Shown here in pieces: positions 26,807 through 32,000 of a DNA stretch of 32,000 nt; positions within the stretch are counted from its first letter, which is position 1, and every line of letters starts with the position of its first letter. The DNA is from Candidatus Altimarinota bacterium (lineage in GTDB: Bacteria; Patescibacteriota; Gracilibacteria; UBA1369). A program made the translations under genes and the position numbers. The stretch lies in contig JBAZYK010000002.1 in assembly GCA_041659405.1 (NCBI GenBank), positions 120,001 to 152,000 on the forward strand, written 5' to 3'. The notes below the pieces were generated by a model. The model was given only the letters and a program-made list of their open reading frames with translations, had not been told where the DNA came from and searched no databases.

Positions 26807-28895
26807 AATCCTCTTTCCGCAAAAAATAGGTAACGACAGAGCCACGCTCACGTACCAAATTCCCGATTCCATCAATGCGCGAATCGGCCAGGTTGTGGAA
26901 ATTCAACTTCGCAACAAAAAAATGAAAGGCGTTATTTTAAACATGCACAGCCAAACTCCCGAATATAAAACCAAAGAAATTTTGGGAATTGTCGAGAACG
27001 CACCTCATCTGGAACCTTCTCAAATTGAACTTTTACAATGGATAGCCCATTATTATTTTTGCCCTACTTATAAAGCATTAAAGCTGTTTTTGCCGATTCC
27101 GTTCATCAAAAAAAAGAAAATTATTGCGCCCGACTTTACCCAACAGGATGAATTACAAACCCTAAAAAGCCACGCCCTTAATGCTGATCAGCTGCAAGTC
27201 CTGCAAACAATCGAGCAAAGTCAAAAAAAAGTTGCTTTGCTCCATGGAATTACCGGCTCCGGCAAAACCGAAATATATCTTCACATAGCTGATAAACAGG
27301 TCCACGAAGGCAAGCAGGTTTTAATGCTGATTCCCGAAATTTCTTTAACCGCTCAAACCGTTCAGCGTTTTAAACAGCATTTTCACCACAAAGTTGCGGT
27401 TATCCATAGCCAATTAACAGCCAAGGAAAAGGAAAAAGCCTGGCAAAGTATTCACAAAGAAGAAGCCAAAATCGTCATTGGATCACGCTCCGCGCTGTTC
27501 GCTCCCTTCAAAAATCTTGGTTTTATTATTTTGGACGAAGAGCACGATAGCAGCTACAAACAGGATCAATCGCCACATTACAACACTTTGGACGTAGCAA
27601 TTAAAATGGCCGAAATTTTGAATATAAAAGTTCTAGCCGGTTCCGCTACGCCTTCACTGGAAACTTATTATCAGGCCAAACAGGGCAATTACGAGCTTGT
27701 GGAACTCAACGAACGCGCGACCAAAGAATTCGGCAGCACTTTACCAAAAACCACCATAGTTGATCTTCGTGAAGAAATTAAAAAGAAAAATTTTTCGATT
27801 TTCAGCGAAGCACTTCAAGCAAAATTAACCGACAAACTTCAAACACACGAACAGGCGATTCTTTTTTTGAACCGTCGTGGAGCCGCTTCCGCCGTACTCT
27901 GCCGCACTTGCGGATATATTGTGAAATGCGACAAATGTGACACCTCCATGACCTATCATCAAAGAATCTCGATTGAAGGCGGAATTTATCAGGTAGATCG
28001 ACTGATTTGCCATCACTGCGGCAAAATCGGTCAAGTTCCCAAAATCTGTCCAAAATGTGAAAGTGCTTACATCCGCTACCTGGGTTTGGGTACCCAAAGG
28101 GTGGAAGATGAAATGAACAAGCTTTTTCCGGTTGCCAAAGTAATCCGTGCCGATAGCGACACCACAACGCAAAGAGATAGCTTTAAAAACATTTACACAG
28201 CTTTCAAAAACCACGAAGCGGATATTTTAGTTGGAACGCAAATGATTTCCCTTGGCTTACATTTACCAAAAGTTAACCTGGTTGGAATAATTCTGGCTGA
28301 TTTAAGCCTTACCATCCCAAATTTCCGTAGCGCCGAAAAAACTTTTCAACTTTTAACCCAGGTTTCCGGGCGAGCCGGTCGCGAATCCAACAATGGCGAA
28401 GTGGTTATTCAGACTTATTTGCCTAATAACTATGTAATTAAGAAAGCCGCCGCACACGATTATCTTGGATTTTATGACCTGGAAATTGCTCTTCGTAATG
28501 AGCTTAAATATCCGCCATTCACTAAACTTATCAAATTAACGATTGCCGAAACAGATATCAAAAAAGCCAAAAACAAAGCTGAAGAAATTTACCAAAAACT
28601 CCTCGCCCTTAACTCACACGACCCCAGTTCAGACACCCCGGCAAGTGTTGAAAAAAGCAGCGACATCTCGATTTATCCAGCACTGATACCAAGATTCCGC
28701 AATAAGTATCGTTGGCACATTTTAATCAACGGAGAAAATCCCCGAGAACTTCTAAAAAAATATTTACAGCAAAAAACAACGGCCCAGAGCACCCCAACCT
28801 TTGCACCCAAAACCATAAAATCCTCACCCTTCGCCAAAAAATTCACCGCAGAAAACCCACTAAAAATAGATGTAGATCCACTTTCTACCGTTTAA
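26793..28895 (+). CDS. priA: primosomal protein N' (replication restart helicase PriA)
   Basis: LLHGITGSGKTEIYLHI (Walker A), IILDEEHDSSYKQD, zinc-binding Cys cluster CRTCGYIVKCDKCDTSMTYH...CHHCGK..KICPKC, GRAGRESNNGEV. Confidence 0.94.
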   Translation: MNFAEILFPQKIGNDRATLTYQIPDSINARIGQVVEIQLRNKKMKGVILNMHSQTPEYKTKEILGIVENAPHLEPSQIELLQWIAHYYFCPTYKALKLFLPIPFIKKKKIIAPDFTQQDELQTLKSHALNADQLQVLQTIEQSQKKVALLHGITGSGKTEIYLHIADKQVHEGKQVLMLIPEISLTAQTVQRFKQHFHHKVAVIHSQLTAKEKEKAWQSIHKEEAKIVIGSRSALFAPFKNLGFIILDEEHDSSYKQDQSPHYNTLDVAIKMAEILNIKVLAGSATPSLETYYQAKQGNYELVELNERATKEFGSTLPKTTIVDLREEIKKKNFSIFSEALQAKLTDKLQTHEQAILFLNRRGAASAVLCRTCGYIVKCDKCDTSMTYHQRISIEGGIYQVDRLICHHCGKIGQVPKICPKCESAYIRYLGLGTQRVEDEMNKLFPVAKVIRADSDTTTQRDSFKNIYTAFKNHEADILVGTQMISLGLHLPKVNLVGIILADLSLTIPNFRSAEKTFQLLTQVSGRAGRESNNGEVVIQTYLPNNYVIKKAAAHDYLGFYDLEIALRNELKYPPFTKLIKLTIAETDIKKAKNKAEEIYQKLLALNSHDPSSDTPASVEKSSDISIYPALIPRFRNKYRWHILINGENPRELLKKYLQQKTTAQSTPTFAPKTIKSSPFAKKFTAENPLKIDVDPLSTV

Positions 28896-28915
28896 CTTAA
28901 AGAAATAAAAAAATC

Positions 28916-28924
28916 TGCTATACT
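28916..28924 (+). promoter_or_regulatory. Candidate extended -10 promoter for trpS
   Basis: TGCTATACT about 60 nt upstream of the trpS ATG at 28984. Confidence 0.5.
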
Positions 28925-28983
28925 GGGCAAGAAATTGAAGTTTCCATACTTATTTGATTCAAAATTTCAATAAAAGCAAAACT

Positions 28984-29967
28984 ATGAAGAAACGCATTCT
29001 TTCCGGGGTTCAAGCAAGCGGAACTCCTCATCTTGGCAATTATTTGGGAGCCATGAAAAACCACATTGCCATGCAGAATTCGCATGAATGTTTTATTTTT
29101 ATTGCTGATTTGCACGCGCTCACAACGGTTAGAGATCCCAAAAAACTTCATGAATCAACCATTAATTTGGCCCTGGATTACCTTGCACTTGGACTTGACC
29201 CCGAAAAAACAACTTTTTTCCGCCAAAGTGATGTTCATGAACACACCGAACTTGCCTGGATTTTTAATTGTATTACTCACATGGGTTTGATGGAACGCGC
29301 GCACGCTTATAAAGATGCCGTAGCCAAGGGCTTAAAAGATGCAACGGTCGGACTTTTCACCTACCCGATTTTAATGGCTGCCGATATTTTGATGTATAAA
29401 CCTGATCTTGTTCCGGTCGGAAAAGATCAAAAGCAGCACATTGAAATTGCCCAAGATATCGCCGAGAAATTTGACCACCATTTTGGCGCTACTTTTAAGC
29501 GCCCGGAACCATATATTCCCGAAGATGTAGCCACAATTATCGGTACCGACGGCGAACACAAAATGAGCAAAAGCTACGGAAACGTAATTGAATTTTTTGC
29601 AGACGAAGCAACACTCAAAAAGCAGGTTATGGGCATAAAGACCGATTCAACAGCGTTGGAAGAGCCAAAAGATCCAAACAAAGATACGGTTTTTAAACTA
29701 TATTCTCACTTTGCTACAAAAACAGAAATCGAGGCTCTTGAACAGAAGTATCGTAAAGGCGGTTTTGGTTATGGTGATGCCAAAAAACTTCTCAATGAAA
29801 AAATACTCGAATATTTCGCTCCATATCGCAAAAAAAGAATTGAACTTGCCACTGATTTAGGATATGTTTATAGCGTTTTGAACAAAGGGGCGAAAAAAGC
29901 AAAAAAAGTCGCTGCCGCAACAATGTCCGAAGTGCGAAAAAAAATCGGACTCGAACTTGAAAATTAA
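28984..29967 (+). CDS. trpS: tryptophanyl-tRNA synthetase
   Basis: RILSGVQASGTPHLGNYLGAMKN, GKDQKQHIEIAQDIAEKF, KMSKSYGN. ATG at 28984 is preferred over the track start at 28954. Confidence 0.95.
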   Translation: MKKRILSGVQASGTPHLGNYLGAMKNHIAMQNSHECFIFIADLHALTTVRDPKKLHESTINLALDYLALGLDPEKTTFFRQSDVHEHTELAWIFNCITHMGLMERAHAYKDAVAKGLKDATVGLFTYPILMAADILMYKPDLVPVGKDQKQHIEIAQDIAEKFDHHFGATFKRPEPYIPEDVATIIGTDGEHKMSKSYGNVIEFFADEATLKKQVMGIKTDSTALEEPKDPNKDTVFKLYSHFATKTEIEALEQKYRKGGFGYGDAKKLLNEKILEYFAPYRKKRIELATDLGYVYSVLNKGAKKAKKVAAATMSEVRKKIGLELEN

Positions 29968-31608
<1,641 letters not shown>

Positions 31609-31623
31609 CAAAACACCATTTCA

Positions 31624-32000
31624 ATGCAAAAGTACCGTTATACCGTTATAAATCCAGAGAATAAAGAACTTACGGGAACCATTGGTGCTCCCGACGAAAA
31701 AAGTGCCCGCGCGGAATTAAATCAATTGGGGTTTTCAATCATTTCCATAATTGCCATAGCCGAAAACGAAGAAGCCACAGCCACTTCCGATTTACCGAAA
31801 TTCGAATTTTCCGCAACCGACAAAAACCTAAAAAAGGTCAACGGCACAATTCAGGCCGAAGACCGTTACGCGGCATACAAGCGATTGGTTAAAGAATATC
31901 TTTTGGAGGTTGAATATGTGATTGACCTTAATTTAACCGAAGAAGAAAAAGTAAAAGAACGTCAAAAAGGCGCATTTGAGCTTCAAAACAAACTGGACGG
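31624..32000 (+). CDS. Partial protein with two tandem PilC/GspF N-terminal-like small domains, 3' end outside the window (absent from the ORF track)
   Basis: Open to the window end: MQKYRYTVINPENKELTGTIGAPDEKSARAELNQLGFSIISI ... FEFSATDKNLKKVNGTIQAEDRYAAYKRLVKEYLLEVEYVIDL. Confidence 0.65.
   Translation, partial: MQKYRYTVINPENKELTGTIGAPDEKSARAELNQLGFSIISIIAIAENEEATATSDLPKFEFSATDKNLKKVNGTIQAEDRYAAYKRLVKEYLLEVEYVIDLNLTEEEKVKERQKGAFELQNKLD

Overview
This 32 kb window looks like an ordinary chromosomal housekeeping region from an AT-rich bacterium with a small, streamlined gene set. The style is compatible with Patescibacteria/CPR, but that is inference; no rRNA or marker tree was available. 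TGA is used as a real stop (ruvC, the hydrolase-DUF1858 gene), so genetic code 25 is unlikely. Recognisable genes: S41 peptidase (partial), a VirB4-like ATPase, gyrA, rpmE, tgt, an HD hydrolase, ruvA, pgi, an M24 peptidase, purQ with a C-terminal extension, glmS, a frame-split asparaginase, pyk, ruvC, a TPR protein, a prepilin peptidase, gpmI, manC plus a separate cupin ORF, a fused secDF, tRNA-Arg(UCG), a YdeN/RBBP9-like hydrolase fused to DUF1858, priA, trpS, pyrG, and the start of a PilC/GspF-N-like protein. I found no CRISPR array, prophage, transposon or obvious defence system. The best leads are: (1) a 1080-aa SecDF fusion with a parvulin-type peptidyl-prolyl isomerase domain inside the extracytoplasmic part of SecD, probably a second degenerate copy before it, and an apparent extra transmembrane pair; (2) an asparaginase split at an A8 run with a GTGA overlap; (3) PurQ fused to a PurS-like tail; (4) a ManC/cupin pair that is in frame and separated by a single TAA; (5) a hydrolase-DUF1858 fusion; (6) a compact multi-hairpin element after the tRNA gene. 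The supplied ORF track labels 605..2752 as '+', but the sequence shows this gene is on the minus strand.
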